Shown here piece after piece: positions 1 through 10,490 of a stretch of DNA of 64,000 nt; position 1 is the first letter of the stretch; each line of letters opens with the position of its first letter. A program made the translations under genes and the position numbers. Origin of the DNA: Bacillota bacterium (GTDB lineage: Bacteria; Bacillota; Limnochordia; Darwinibacteriales; Darwinibacteriaceae); contig JASGVS010000021.1 in NCBI GenBank assembly GCA_030054835.1, positions 6,079 to 70,078 of the forward strand, in the 5' to 3' direction. The notes beneath the pieces are model-generated. The model was given only the letters and a program-made list of their open reading frames with translations. It was not told the origin of the DNA and did not search any database.

Positions 1-419
1 TGACGCTGCCACTCACGGCCTCGGTGCTCAGCGGTTTCTTCTTGGGCGCTTACAGCCGGCGTACCTTCTTCCTGATCTATTCCGAGGAAGACTACGTAGA
101 AATGGCCAAAGCCAAGGGGTTGTCCGCGCGGGCGATTGAACGCCGCTACATCCTGCGGCCAACGCTGCCTCCTATCATCACGGGCTTTGCTTTGGCATTA
201 ATTGGACAATGGGTAGGGGCAACGATCTTGGAGACGGTATTCAACTGGCCCGGTTTGGGGCGTCTACTGAGGGAAGCGATCGGCCTCTACGATACTCCCG
301 TAATTGTAGGGGAAGCGGTAATCTACGGTTATCTGCTGGCTGCAACCGTGTTCTTGCTGGACATTATCTACGCCATAGTTGACCCGCGGGTCAAGGTTGG
401 CGCAGGGGGTGGACAATGA
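1..419 (+). CDS. ABC peptide transporter permease, OppB/DppB-like (C-terminal part, 5'-truncated by window edge)
   Basis: ORF 24-419 ends with the typical BPD-transporter C-terminus (FNWPGLGRLL...IVDPRV); reading frame is open to the window start; stop overlaps start of next permease (ATGATGA). Confidence 0.8.
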   Translation, partial: TLPLTASVLSGFFLGAYSRRTFFLIYSEEDYVEMAKAKGLSARAIERRYILRPTLPPIITGFALALIGQWVGATILETVFNWPGLGRLLREAIGLYDTPVIVGEAVIYGYLLAATVFLLDIIYAIVDPRVKVGAGGGQ

Positions 420-1765
420 TGACGAAAGTGAAAGGATTCTTTACCAATCTCAGACAGTATCCGTCAGCGGTGGTGGGCTTTGCCATCATCCTGTTTCTGA
501 TCGGGCTGTCTATCTTTACCATGATTTATATTCCCTACGACGAAGCAATTGAACTCTGGAAGGGATCAAATCCCATCTGGCTCGAATACCCGCGCCACGC
601 CAAGCCGGCCTGGATCAACATCTTTCCTGGCGTGAACAAGCCAAAGACTATTATGGTTGATTCCAGAGAGGCAGCTGCAACAAAAGAAATTTTGTACTCA
701 GAGGATGGCTTTACCGAGTCAGTGGTGACGCTGCCCTTCGATTTTACCTACGACGATTTCCCAACTGAAATCAACGTTTCCTTCTATTCCGAATTTGAAG
801 AGATTAGACCCCACGTGGACCTCTATTGGCGCACACCAGACGGCAACCAGATTCCCCTGGGCGGTCTATCCGTGGGTAGAGAACTGCTCCACAGGCTGTC
901 CCAAAACACCCAACTCCAGCGGCGCTTGGGGGGATTGATTCCTCACGTTGGGCTCTTTGCCGGCTCTAACCCGGATAGGGATAATCTAAAACCGGTCAAG
1001 GGTAGATACGAACTGGTGATTGAGGGTCTAACCTTTGAAGAGGGATCCAATTTTGAAGCCAAACTAATTGTTTACGGACAGGTGCACGGCATCGCCGGTA
1101 CCGACCATCTCCGCCGTGACCTGAGTATTGCCCTGTTGTGGGGTACTCCCATCGCCCTGGCATTTAGCCTGGCCGCAGCGGTTGGCACGAGTATTTCGGG
1201 CCTAGTCCTAGGTGCCATCGGCAGCTGGTTTGGCGGCTGGGTTGATTCACTCATCCAGCGCTTGACTGAACTGACCATGATCCTGCCGGCTCTGCCCATT
1301 TACATTATGGTTGGCCTGTTCTTCTCCCGCAGCCTCTGGGTGATTTTGGCCACAGCCATAGTACTAAGCCTATTCGGGGGATCTAAGAGCTATCGGTCCA
1401 TGTTCATTCAGATTAAGGAAGCTCCGTACATCGAAGCTGCTCGGGCCTATGGGGCCAGCAACACCCGGATCATCTTCCGGTACTTGATTCCCAGGGTAAT
1501 CCCGACCCTGATACCCAGCTTCGTAACGGCTGTACCGGGGTTTATCTTCCTGGAATCGGGTTTGGCTATCCTGGGCGTCGGCGACCCCGTTCTGCCTACC
1601 TGGGGCAAAATCATTGACGAAGCCCAAAGACGAGGCGCCCTTTACAACGGACATTACTACTGGATGCTCGAACCCTTGGCCATGCTGCTTGTTACCTCGC
1701 TGGCCTTTGCAGCATTCGGTTTCGCCTTGGATAGGATCTTTAATCCCAGGCTGAGGAGGTTGTAG
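416..1765 (+). CDS. ABC peptide transporter permease, OppC/DppC-like with long N-terminal extracytoplasmic segment
   Basis: 449 aa; N-terminal TM then ~230-aa loop, C-terminal core with EAA-like region (YIEAARAYGAS) typical of OppC; operon context with two OppD/F ATPases. Confidence 0.8.
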   Translation: MMTKVKGFFTNLRQYPSAVVGFAIILFLIGLSIFTMIYIPYDEAIELWKGSNPIWLEYPRHAKPAWINIFPGVNKPKTIMVDSREAAATKEILYSEDGFTESVVTLPFDFTYDDFPTEINVSFYSEFEEIRPHVDLYWRTPDGNQIPLGGLSVGRELLHRLSQNTQLQRRLGGLIPHVGLFAGSNPDRDNLKPVKGRYELVIEGLTFEEGSNFEAKLIVYGQVHGIAGTDHLRRDLSIALLWGTPIALAFSLAAAVGTSISGLVLGAIGSWFGGWVDSLIQRLTELTMILPALPIYIMVGLFFSRSLWVILATAIVLSLFGGSKSYRSMFIQIKEAPYIEAARAYGASNTRIIFRYLIPRVIPTLIPSFVTAVPGFIFLESGLAILGVGDPVLPTWGKIIDEAQRRGALYNGHYYWMLEPLAMLLVTSLAFAAFGFALDRIFNPRLRRL

Positions 1766-1766
1766 T

Positions 1767-2732
1767 ATGAGTGTAGAAAAACTATTCAGAGTTGAAGACC
1801 TCCAGCTGTATTTCCAAACAACCCGGGGCTTTGTCCAGGCGGTTGACAAGGTGTCCTTCAACCTGGTCTCGGGCAAAACGGTTGTCTTCGTGGGTGAGTC
1901 GGGCTGCGGTAAGACTTCGCTTGCCAGGGCTATTCTCAGGCTTCTGCCCCGCAACGTCCATACCTACGAAGGTAGTGTCTACCTGAACGGCCAGGACATT
2001 ATGGCCTTAGACGATGAGAAGTTTAGGCGGGATATCCGCTGGGTTAAAGCGGCCATGGTACCCCAGGCAGCAATGAATGCCTTGAACCCCGTGATCAAGA
2101 TCGAAGATCAGATCGCTGAACCGCTTCTGATCCATGACCTGGTGGATACCAAGGAAGAGGCTATGGAAAAGGTAAAGCAGGCCTGTACCCTGGTTGGCCT
2201 GCCCCTTGACTTTTTGTCCCGCTATCCCTTTGAGCTGAGCGGCGGCATGCGCCAGCGGGCAGCCATTGCCATGGCACTCGCCACGGAGCCCGATTTGATT
2301 GTCCTGGACGAACCGACCTCAGCCTTGGATCTGTTGACACAGGCCAATATCATGAACGTATTGAAGCGGCTGAAGCAGTCCACTGGAATTACGTTTATCC
2401 TCATTACGCATGACATCGCCACCTCAAGTGAGTTGGCGGACTTTGCGTCGATTATGTACGCTGGGCAGATTGTGGAGTACTCGGATGCAGAACACTTCTT
2501 CACCAAGCCTCTCCATCCTTACGCGGAGAAGCTGATGGCGAGTGTCCCCACTCTGCGGGAAGACAAGGAACTGGACTTCATTCCCGGCCAGCCGCCCAGC
2601 TTGATCAATCCCCCAACTGGATGCCGCTTTTATGACCGCTGCCACAGAAGATTTGAAAAATGCCGGCAGGAACCGCCCATGGTGCAAGTGGATGAACACC
2701 ACCACTTAGTCAAATGCTGGCTGTACGTGTGA
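1767..2732 (+). CDS. oligopeptide/dipeptide ABC transporter ATP-binding protein (OppD/DppD-like)
   Basis: Walker A GESGCGKTS, signature LSGGMRQR, Walker B LIVLDEPTSALD, C-terminal oligopeptide-transporter extension with Cys cluster; RBS GAGGAGG. Confidence 0.9.
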   Translation: MSVEKLFRVEDLQLYFQTTRGFVQAVDKVSFNLVSGKTVVFVGESGCGKTSLARAILRLLPRNVHTYEGSVYLNGQDIMALDDEKFRRDIRWVKAAMVPQAAMNALNPVIKIEDQIAEPLLIHDLVDTKEEAMEKVKQACTLVGLPLDFLSRYPFELSGGMRQRAAIAMALATEPDLIVLDEPTSALDLLTQANIMNVLKRLKQSTGITFILITHDIATSSELADFASIMYAGQIVEYSDAEHFFTKPLHPYAEKLMASVPTLREDKELDFIPGQPPSLINPPTGCRFYDRCHRRFEKCRQEPPMVQVDEHHHLVKCWLYV

Positions 2733-2742
2733 GGTGAAATGG

Positions 2743-3762
2743 ATGCAAAACTTAGCAGTACAACCGGAGGCAGTTCAAAAGGACGTCCTTTTACAGGTCA
2801 AAGACCTGCGAACCTATTTTGAGATAAAAAAATGGGGTTTTATCACGGTTGGGCACGTGCGGGCAGTAGATAGGGTCAGCTTCAACCTGCATAAGGGGGA
2901 GGCCATCTCCATTGTGGGCGAGAGCGGCTGCGGTAAGAGTACGCTGGCCAGGACTATCCTAGGCCTGCATAAGCCAACCGGCGGAGATATTGTCTACAAC
3001 GGCGAAAGCATCGCCAGCTATGATAAGAATCAGGTTAAAAAGTACCGTGCTGACCTTGGCTTTGTCCAGCAGGATCCTTACGGGGCCCTGCCCCCGTTCA
3101 TGAACATCCACCGCATCCTGGCGGAACCGCTCATCGTGAACGGAATTAAGGATAAGGGGCAACAGGATGAACTGATCAGAAAGGCCTTGACCGATCTCAA
3201 GCTCACGCCGGTGGAGGATTTCCTCAATAAATTCCCCCACATGCTCAGCGGCGGGCAGCAACAGAGGGTGGTCATTGCCCGCTCCAAGATCCTGAACCCA
3301 AGTCTGATCGTTGCCGACGAGCCAGTCTCCATGCTGGATGCGTCCGTGCGGATTGAGATCCTCCAGCTCATGCAGCAGCTGCAGGAGGAGTACAACCTGG
3401 CCGTGATCTACATTACCCATGACCTTTCCACTGTCCGCTACTTCTCGGAGCGTATTCTAATAATGTACGGCGGCAAGGTTGTGGAACAGGGGCCGGTAAG
3501 GGAATTCTTAGAAAACCCAGCCCACCCGTACACCCAGGCACTCTTGGAGGCCACGTCCGATCCGGATCCGGAAAACGTGAAGACATTCAAAAAGGTACCC
3601 AGCGGCGAGCCGCCCAGCCTGTTGAATCCGCCTGAAGGATGCCGGTTCCATCCCCGCTGCGACCGTATGATAGCTGGGCTGTGCGATCAGCAGGAGCCGC
3701 CCGATTTCGAACTGAAGGAAGGACATTTGGCCGCTTGCTGGCTGTACAAAGAGGAAGCATGA
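2743..3762 (+). CDS. oligopeptide/dipeptide ABC transporter ATP-binding protein (OppF/DppF-like)
   Basis: Walker A GESGCGKST, LSGGQQQR, IVADEPVSMLD; start placed at ATG 2743 (RBS GAGGTGA, 5-nt spacer) rather than the GTG inside the RBS at 2734. Confidence 0.85.
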   Translation: MQNLAVQPEAVQKDVLLQVKDLRTYFEIKKWGFITVGHVRAVDRVSFNLHKGEAISIVGESGCGKSTLARTILGLHKPTGGDIVYNGESIASYDKNQVKKYRADLGFVQQDPYGALPPFMNIHRILAEPLIVNGIKDKGQQDELIRKALTDLKLTPVEDFLNKFPHMLSGGQQQRVVIARSKILNPSLIVADEPVSMLDASVRIEILQLMQQLQEEYNLAVIYITHDLSTVRYFSERILIMYGGKVVEQGPVREFLENPAHPYTQALLEATSDPDPENVKTFKKVPSGEPPSLLNPPEGCRFHPRCDRMIAGLCDQQEPPDFELKEGHLAACWLYKEEA

Positions 3763-3992
3763 AAGATACCAGAAGAAACTTGATAGCAGCGGGTTCGATC
3801 ATGATGATCGCGGGCTGGTCCATGGTAATGCTCATGATCGTCGGTGTATTCAGGACAACCTATCCCCTCTCCATCACTGCATTCGTGGTGTTCACGATAG
3901 GATTTGCCATGGGTGGCCTGGCCCTGGCCTCCTATTTCCAAGAGGAGAGGAAAAAGCGGGAACACAGAAAAAAATGGGAAGACCCCTTTTAG
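3759..3992 (+). CDS. small membrane protein (2 TM), hypothetical
   Basis: ATG 3759 overlaps oppF stop (ATGA); two hydrophobic helices then KKREHRKKWEDPF tail; followed by a strong terminator. Confidence 0.5.
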   Translation: MKDTRRNLIAAGSIMMIAGWSMVMLMIVGVFRTTYPLSITAFVVFTIGFAMGGLALASYFQEERKKREHRKKWEDPF

Positions 3993-4011
3993 AGCCTTCC
4001 CAGAAATACAA

Positions 4012-4040
4012 AAAAGCGCGCCCCTGCGGCGCGCTTTTCT
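4012..4040. terminator. bidirectional rho-independent terminator
   Basis: AAAAAAGCGCGCC-CCTGC-GGCGCGCTTTTCTTATTT hairpin between convergent genes. Confidence 0.8.
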
Positions 4041-4438
4041 TATTTAACAGTCCAGGAGATATTATAGCTGCCCCGGGCCTTTTGACCCCTGATTTTGAGC
4101 GTGTGTCTACCACTCTCGCTGATAACTGCTGTCTCTTCTCCCTTGGAGCTCGCTTCTACTTCGAATACGGTATCGCCGGACGGAGCGATGAGGGTTACGG
4201 TTAATTCTCCCTTTTCCGCCTTCAGTTCATACTGAAACGAAACCACATCGCCCTCTGTCAGCTTGATGTATTTCGTATTGGTCCCAGACAGCAGAATAAA
4301 CTTAGCCGACATCTTGTTCCCCATCGCCGAAGAGCGGTAACCTATCCTAAAGCCGCTGCGATGGGCACAGCCCGTGAGTACAACTGCAAGTAGTAGAAAG
4401 GTGAGAAAAAGAATCTGGACTTTTCTCCGTCTTTTCAC
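4040..4438 (-). CDS. lipoprotein, hypothetical
   Basis: Signal peptide with lipobox LTGC; 132 aa, no recognisable domain. Confidence 0.6.
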   Translation of the reverse strand: MKRRRKVQILFLTFLLLAVVLTGCAHRSGFRIGYRSSAMGNKMSAKFILLSGTNTKYIKLTEGDVVSFQYELKAEKGELTVTLIAPSGDTVFEVEASSKGEETAVISESGRHTLKIRGQKARGSYNISWTVK

Positions 4439-4526
4439 CTGCCCGGCCCCCTTACATTTACGTTCCTAGTTTCACAATCTTATTCAAGAAAAAAGGACAG
4501 TTCCCTCCCTTCCGCCTGAATTTGAC

Positions 4527-5240
4527 CTAGGCCAGGGCGGGAAGCTTCCGCAAATACTCAAGCAGCCCCTGCCGATCGCCATGGGGAAAGTGGGAATAAT
4601 CCTCACCACTGACATTAATCAAGTCGTCCGTAACCAGAAAGACAGGAATGCCCAAACGGGCTGCCACGAGATCCTCCTGCACATCGTTCCCCACCATGAG
4701 GCAGTCCTCCGGCTTAAGCTGGAGTTTATCTAAGATTTCCTGGTAATAGCCTAGATTGGGTTTGGCGTAGCGGGAGTTCTCATAGGTTGTGATCAGGCTG
4801 AAGTCAGCTGGATTCAGACCTGCCCAGCGCATACGCTCCAAAGTGGCTACCCGGGGAAAGATGGGGTTGGTGGCCAGCACCACCTGGTAACCCTTCTCCT
4901 TGAGAAGCTGGACTGCCTGATGGGCCAGGGGTGTGGGCTGAACCGCCTCAGCTACCCTGGCAAACTCTGTTTGGTAAAAGAGCTCGAATTGAAGTATGTA
5001 ATCTTCAGGTGTGCCCCCGAAAACACCTAGAAAGAGCTGCCAAAAGCGTTCTTCGTTCGTAATCGTACCGTCATTGGCAGCCATCACAGCGGCGCCCTTA
5101 AGCACCACTTCCACCAGTCTCTGGGCCTCAAAGCCTAAGGCCGGCGCCTTGAGCCCCAATTCCTTCACATAAGCTTGGACGAATACGTCCTGATCCATGG
5201 GGAGTAGCGTCCCATCAAGATCGAATAAAACTGTATTCAC
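4527..5240 (-). CDS. HAD-superfamily hydrolase (phosphatase-like)
   Basis: Motif I FDLDGTLL near N-terminus, motif IV MVGNDVQED; start set at GTG 5240 (RBS AGGAGGAG) so that the DxDGT motif is N-terminal. Confidence 0.8.
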   Translation of the reverse strand: MNTVLFDLDGTLLPMDQDVFVQAYVKELGLKAPALGFEAQRLVEVVLKGAAVMAANDGTITNEERFWQLFLGVFGGTPEDYILQFELFYQTEFARVAEAVQPTPLAHQAVQLLKEKGYQVVLATNPIFPRVATLERMRWAGLNPADFSLITTYENSRYAKPNLGYYQEILDKLQLKPEDCLMVGNDVQEDLVAARLGIPVFLVTDDLINVSGEDYSHFPHGDRQGLLEYLRKLPALA

Positions 5241-5250
5241 TAATCTCCTC

Positions 5251-5901
5251 CTAGACCTTCCCAGCCCCAACCGGCTGCAATTCTTTCACCACATCGGTAA
5301 AAACCCTGCCTGCCGAAAAGCTTTCCTGCACTGCGGTGTGGAAATAACCAGACTGGAACAGTTTTCTTCCTACTGCAACCGCTCTCGGGTTAGCCTGTTC
5401 ATAGATGGCCACAACCCGATCCCGTGGGCGGCTGTCACTAAGTTCATAAGCCGCGACTAAGACCAGCTGGAAGTCCTCCAACACGGGATCGCCATACTCG
5501 ATAGTATACCGCTTACTTCTAAGGTAGGGCGTGGCTTCTGCCAGCACCAGTGAACCGGCGATTGCATCCCTGGCACCGCACCGTATCCTGCGTACATGCA
5601 TCATGTTAATGGCACCAAAACACATGGGACACGGCTCTAAGCTCGTGTACAGGGTGTATTCCCGGATATTCGGATGCTCACTTTCCCGGATCCGGCTCAA
5701 CGCCATCATTTCCGCATGGGCAAGATTACTGCCGGCAAAGGGCCAGGGATAATCCCTGTCATAAATGGCGTTACGGCCCTCTGCCACGATCCGGCACTCA
5801 GTGTCCACAATCACGCACCCCACTGGTACCGTGCCAACGCAGAACGCCTCCCATGCCAGCTCCAAGGTACGCTGCCAGCTTAATTCAAGGTTCTCCCACA
5901 C
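5251..5901 (-). CDS. CMP/dCMP-deaminase-fold nucleoside/nucleotide deaminase (TadA/GuaD-like)
   Basis: Zinc-binding motifs HAEMMAL ... PCPMC; GTG start coupled to upstream gene stop (GGGGAGGAGATAGctGTG). Confidence 0.75.
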   Translation of the reverse strand: MWENLELSWQRTLELAWEAFCVGTVPVGCVIVDTECRIVAEGRNAIYDRDYPWPFAGSNLAHAEMMALSRIRESEHPNIREYTLYTSLEPCPMCFGAINMMHVRRIRCGARDAIAGSLVLAEATPYLRSKRYTIEYGDPVLEDFQLVLVAAYELSDSRPRDRVVAIYEQANPRAVAVGRKLFQSGYFHTAVQESFSAGRVFTDVVKELQPVGAGKV

Positions 5902-5903
5902 AG

Positions 5904-6560
5904 CTATCTCCTCCCCTCGCCGAACACCGCCCGATGGACCTGGTAAATGCGCTGAAGTTCAGTGATGGGCGTTGGGTGATCGTCCACACGTAGATCTATT
6001 TTCACATCGTTAAAACCACCGTAGCCTGCCCCTTCCTGCACCACTAAAAGGGCTGCCGCCTGCTGGCCACGGGCGTCTCCACCGGCGTTCTGCCCCGCCT
6101 CTAACGCGGCAAGGAGCCGTTCTGCCAAGGGGCCTTCACTGGTCTCAAACGTTCTGGCCATAGCTTGTACCGTCTCTTCGCTGACCAAAATGTTTCCCTG
6201 GGCAGTGTAGTTCTCCCCTGTTACTCCCCCAGCCCAGTCATGGCATTCAGAGCCGGTGAAGGTAGCCGCATTGCCCCGGGAGTCGACGATGCCCACCTGG
6301 CGTTTTTCCCGGCCTGGATCAGAAGCAAGGAGGATGTCCAACACTTCCTGGGCGCTTTTCCCTGCCGCCAACAGCTCCAGTCCCCTTGGCCCAAAACTAG
6401 TATTGGCATAGGATTGGGTGCTTATTGCCCCCACCCCTGCCTTGGCCCAGGGGCAGACCGCTCCAACAGCCACAAACTTGGACTGTACTGCTACTCCCCA
6501 TTCCTTGGTTTCCGGATCAAACCCTACGATGGAAAAGGTGGCCACGATTTTATCTTCCAT
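5904..6560 (-). CDS. DUF1028-family protein (Ntn-hydrolase-like), hypothetical
   Basis: N-terminus TFSIVGFD...GVAVQSKF.AVGA.CPWA.AGVGAISTQS resembles DUF1028; RBS GGGAGGGA. Confidence 0.55.
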   Translation of the reverse strand: MEDKIVATFSIVGFDPETKEWGVAVQSKFVAVGAVCPWAKAGVGAISTQSYANTSFGPRGLELLAAGKSAQEVLDILLASDPGREKRQVGIVDSRGNAATFTGSECHDWAGGVTGENYTAQGNILVSEETVQAMARTFETSEGPLAERLLAALEAGQNAGGDARGQQAAALLVVQEGAGYGGFNDVKIDLRVDDHPTPITELQRIYQVHRAVFGEGRR

Positions 6561-6620
6561 GCCGATCCCTCCCTGTGTTATTGGCTATATTCCCTGTTTT
6601 TTCCAAAAGTCCTTGCACGC

Positions 6621-7244
6621 TCATTCTACCGCTTGCGCGCTAATACTCCCCCTCAGCCTGTACATCTGTCCCGGTGGGAAATGGGACTCGGGTAGTTTCA
6701 GGAATTCGTCCTTCAACAGGGCGAAAATCAAGACGTCTTCCCAAGCATCCCGGTAGCGGACGTAGGTATACTGCTTTAGCACACCTTCCTGCCTAAAGCC
6801 AAACTTCCGCAACAGGCGGATGGAAGGCTCATTGCCAGGGAAGACAGTTGCCTGAATGCGGTGCATTTCCAGTTCGTGAAAGCCAAAGGGAATCACAGCC
6901 CGTACCGCTTCACTCATAATCCCCTGCCCTTGGTAAGCAGCGGATAGCTCATAACCCAGTTCCGCCCGGGAAAAGTGTTCGAAATCGCTAAAACCGATGG
7001 TGCCAATTACCTTGTCATGGGGTTTAAGGGTAATGCCCCAACGGATAGACTGTTCTTCCGCAAAGCCCGTCTTGAAAAAACGGACAAAGCCCCTCCCTTC
7101 CGCTTCCGTTTTGGGCCACCAGTCGTAATACCGGGCTAGTTCTTCTGTAAAATAGGCATGGATGTCTGCGCCGTCCTCATACCGCAGCTGGCGCAGGATT
7201 AGTCGTTCTGTTTCAAGCACAGGAAACTGCGCAAAAAAAGGCAT
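6621..7244 (-). CDS. GNAT family N-acetyltransferase (RimJ/RimL-like)
   Basis: LETERLILRQL N-terminus and acetyl-CoA binding region typical of RimL-type GNATs. Confidence 0.8.
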   Translation of the reverse strand: MPFFAQFPVLETERLILRQLRYEDGADIHAYFTEELARYYDWWPKTEAEGRGFVRFFKTGFAEEQSIRWGITLKPHDKVIGTIGFSDFEHFSRAELGYELSAAYQGQGIMSEAVRAVIPFGFHELEMHRIQATVFPGNEPSIRLLRKFGFRQEGVLKQYTYVRYRDAWEDVLIFALLKDEFLKLPESHFPPGQMYRLRGSISAQAVE

Positions 7245-7337
7245 ACAAGTACCAATCCACCTTACTCTGATCTCTAATATCCATATTCTACTACATTCTA
7301 CACAAAATATAGAGCAAAACCTTACCGATCTTCGGAG

Positions 7338-8633
7338 CTATTCCAGCCCCAGGCGGGAAAAGATCAAATCCAGGTGTTTGAGGTGACGATTGTAGTCAAA
7401 GCAGGCCTTGACCTCCTCCGGACTGAGCCAATTGCCCACTTCAGATGCGGCCAGAACGATGGGCAGGAAGGACTTTTGTTTCTCCCACGCTTCCATGGCC
7501 AACGGTTGAACGATGTTATAGGCCTCCTCCCGGGAAAGTCCCTTATCAACTAAGGCCAGCATCACCTGCTGGGAATAGATCAGCCCCAGGGACAGATCCA
7601 TGTTGCGCTTCATCATGTCCGGAAAGACAACTAACTGCTCCACAATGCGGCGGAAACGGTTGAGCATGTAGTTCATGAGAATAGTGGCATCGGGTAGGAT
7701 GATGCGCTCGGCCGAGGAATGGGAGATATCCCTTTCGTGCCAGAGCGCCACATTTTCATAGGCGGTGAGCATGTAACCTCTCATCACCCTGGCCACACCG
7801 GTCATGTTCTCCGAGCCGATGGGATTGCGCTTGTGGGGCATGGCTGACGAACCGGTCTGCTTGGGTGAGAAATACTCCTCCACTTCCCTCGTTTCCGTCT
7901 TCTGCAGACCACGTATTTCAATGGCAAACTTCTCGATGGAAGTGGCCATTAGGGCTAGCGTGCCTAGGTATTGGGCATGACGGTCGCGCTGGAGTGTTTG
8001 GGTTGAGATCAGGGCACGCTTAAGCCCAAGTTTCTCGCACACATACTCCTCCACAAAGGGATCAATATTGGCATAGGTACCCACCGCACCCGAGATTTTG
8101 CCCACTTCTATGTTCTCAGCCGCAGCCTTAAAGCGCTGTAAGTTCCGCCCCATTTCGTCATACCACAGGGCGAGCTTCAAACCAAAGGTGGTGGGCTCGG
8201 CATGGACCCCATGGGTGCGGCCGATCATTACCGTGTCTTTGTGTTCAACCGCCCGTTCTTTCAATACCGCTAGCAGGCTTTCCAGATCCCGCAGGAGAAT
8301 CTGGTTCGCCTGTTTGATCAAATAAGACTGGGCAGTGTCTACCACGTCCGTGGATGTGAGCCCGTAATGGATCCACTTACGCTCCTCCCCCAGTGTTTCT
8401 GACACAGCCCGGGTGAAGGCCACAACATCGTGACGCGTTTCCGCTTCTATGGCACGGATGCGGTCCAGATCAAAACCTGCGTTTTTGCGAATTTTCTCCA
8501 CGTCTGCCCAGGGGATCACACCTAACTGGGCCCAGGCCTCACAGGCTAGAATTTCCACCTCCAGCCAAGCCCTAAAGCGGTTCTCTTCACTCCAAACCGA
8601 ACCCATTTCCGGTCTTGTATAACGTTCCAACAT
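7338..8633 (-). CDS. purB: adenylosuccinate lyase
   Basis: [15 protein letters not shown]-terminus and fumarate-lyase signature [11 protein letters not shown]; 431 aa from ATG 8633 (RBS AAGGGTGG). Confidence 0.92.
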   Translation of the reverse strand: MLERYTRPEMGSVWSEENRFRAWLEVEILACEAWAQLGVIPWADVEKIRKNAGFDLDRIRAIEAETRHDVVAFTRAVSETLGEERKWIHYGLTSTDVVDTAQSYLIKQANQILLRDLESLLAVLKERAVEHKDTVMIGRTHGVHAEPTTFGLKLALWYDEMGRNLQRFKAAAENIEVGKISGAVGTYANIDPFVEEYVCEKLGLKRALISTQTLQRDRHAQYLGTLALMATSIEKFAIEIRGLQKTETREVEEYFSPKQTGSSAMPHKRNPIGSENMTGVARVMRGYMLTAYENVALWHERDISHSSAERIILPDATILMNYMLNRFRRIVEQLVVFPDMMKRNMDLSLGLIYSQQVMLALVDKGLSREEAYNIVQPLAMEAWEKQKSFLPIVLAASEVGNWLSPEEVKACFDYNRHLKHLDLIFSRLGLE

Positions 8634-8659
8634 ACACCTAACCACCCTTGTCTTGTCAT

Positions 8660-8693
8660 AAATACAGGTGTCTCTCCCGCAGGAAAGACACCA
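8660..8693 (-). terminator. putative terminator after chemoreceptor gene
   Basis: GGTGTCT(C)-TTCCTGCGGGA-GAGACACC hairpin followed by TGTATTTAT on minus strand. Confidence 0.4.
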
Positions 8694-8713
8694 CAGATTT
8701 GTCCTTACAGCAT

Positions 8714-10300
8714 CTAGTCCAAACCGTAGAAGTTTTCCACCTGCTCCTGTAGGCGCTGGGCCAACAGTTCCAGCCTCTGGGCGTCTCCGGCGATCTGATT
8801 AATTACCGCTGACTGCTCCTCCGTGGAAGCGGCTATTTCCTCGCTGCCCCTGCCCACATCTTCCGCTGCCCTGGTGATGGCGTTTACCTGTTCCACTACC
8901 TCCCGGAACACCCTACCTATTTCAGCAAACTTCTCACCTGTTACGTTGATGCGGTCCTCAACCTGATCAACACTGCGTCCAGTCAGCTCCATGCGCTGCA
9001 GCGTCTGCTGGGTCTCCTGCAGGATCTGCTGGATCAAAACGGCAATTTCCCCGGAGAAGCGGTGTGCTTCTTCCGCCAGTTCCCGGACCTGGGCTGCCAC
9101 CACCGCAAAACCGCGGCCGTCTTCTCCTGCCCTAGCCGCTTCAATGGCCGCATTGAGGGCCAACAGGTTAGTCTGCTCGCTGATATCGGCTATGGCGCCA
9201 ACGATGCCGCTGATCTGCTGGGAATGGACAGCCAGCTCATCCACTGTGATGGACAGGTCATTCACGTCCCTACGGGCACTGCCCACATCCTGGATCGCCT
9301 GGCGCAGCAGCTCTAGACCGTCCTCCAGCTCATTGAGGGCCCGCTGTGTGTTGGTTTTCATAGTCCCTGCGTTCTCCGCCATGGTCACGGACGTACTGGC
9401 AAACTGGTTGGAAGCGCTGGCCACTTCGTGCACCGCCGCTCCCGTCTCAACTGCGGCACTGGACAGGCCCTCTGACAGATAGTTTACTTCTTGACTGGTC
9501 TGGCGGATGCCCAAAACCAGCCTGCGCAGTCCCGCCAGCATCTTTTCAACCGAACCGGATAAGGAACCGATTTCATCCCGGGAGCGGATATTCCATTCGG
9601 TACCCAAATCACCTGCGCCGATCCTACTAACCGCTTCGCCCAGGACGTGCATGGGCCCAATAATGGATCGGGTCACCAACGCAGCGATCACGATACCTAA
9701 GACTGTAGCGGCAGTAAGGAGAATTCCATTTTGGGTGATCAAGCTGCCAGTTCCCCGCTCAATGTCTGTCTCAACTTGGCCAATCTGCAGTCGAATGGCT
9801 TCCCTATTTGCCAGGAGCAGACGAGCGATTTCTTCCAGTGCAGCTTCCGTGATACCGTTGTAGGTTTCTGCTGCCTCGGCCACCCTGCCCTGACTCAACA
9901 GCTCCCTGATTGTTTGGGCTGACTGGTGCAGAGTGTTATGGGGTTCGTGTAGGGCCGCAAACCCCTCCTTCAGGTGGGGATAACGGGCTACAACGTCTTC
10001 CAACTCCTCACCCAAGAGCCATTTACCCAAATTGCACTGGGTCGGATCGAGTTCAATACTGAAGTTATCAGCTGTTCCATCGATTATGTAGTCCTGCAGG
10101 TGGAGGGACCAGCGCACATGTTCCACTTCCCTCTGCACGAGCGATGCGTAGATCTGCTCCGCCGCCTGGATGCGGGAGGCGGCCTCCCTTGTCTTCTGAA
10201 TTCCATTGATACTGATGCCCGTTGTGATCAGGGCCATTACAATCAAAAACAAGAACCCTATTCTCAGTTTAGTGCGAATCGTTATCCTCCAACGCGACAT
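8714..10300 (-). CDS. methyl-accepting chemotaxis protein (2 TM, periplasmic sensor with CZB-like motif, HAMP, MA domain)
   Basis: Highly conserved MCP signalling domain ([21 protein letters not shown]), HAMP after TM2; periplasmic C-x3-GKWL ... H-x-P-H-x3-H motif; start ATG 10300 (RBS GGGAGGAG, 6-nt spacer). Confidence 0.85.
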   Translation of the reverse strand: MSRWRITIRTKLRIGFLFLIVMALITTGISINGIQKTREAASRIQAAEQIYASLVQREVEHVRWSLHLQDYIIDGTADNFSIELDPTQCNLGKWLLGEELEDVVARYPHLKEGFAALHEPHNTLHQSAQTIRELLSQGRVAEAAETYNGITEAALEEIARLLLANREAIRLQIGQVETDIERGTGSLITQNGILLTAATVLGIVIAALVTRSIIGPMHVLGEAVSRIGAGDLGTEWNIRSRDEIGSLSGSVEKMLAGLRRLVLGIRQTSQEVNYLSEGLSSAAVETGAAVHEVASASNQFASTSVTMAENAGTMKTNTQRALNELEDGLELLRQAIQDVGSARRDVNDLSITVDELAVHSQQISGIVGAIADISEQTNLLALNAAIEAARAGEDGRGFAVVAAQVRELAEEAHRFSGEIAVLIQQILQETQQTLQRMELTGRSVDQVEDRINVTGEKFAEIGRVFREVVEQVNAITRAAEDVGRGSEEIAASTEEQSAVINQIAGDAQRLELLAQRLQEQVENFYGLD

Positions 10301-10490
10301 TATCATCTCCTCCCATTGGATTTCTTCTAAAGAACAGTTCTTGATAACTAACATTATTCCTGTCAAAAAACACCAACTACTCGTGAAATGGGTCACAGCA
10401 CAGCATTTCCCTTGAATCTTCCACTTCTTCCCCGCAGGATTTCATCCTGTTGTCGAGTAATCAAAAACCAATAAATGTAATTGACTTGAA

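Noticed and set aside
3639-3992. 117-aa ORF overlapping the end of oppF
   Set aside because: The first 40 codons lie inside oppF in another frame. Only the part from ATG 3759 (ATGA-coupled to oppF stop, two TM helices) is plausible, so it was trimmed to 78 aa.
7245-7337. Promoter for the GNAT gene in the purB-GNAT spacer (TAGAAT repeats)
   Set aside because: Several -10-like hexamers are present, but none has a properly spaced -35. It was not reported as a feature.
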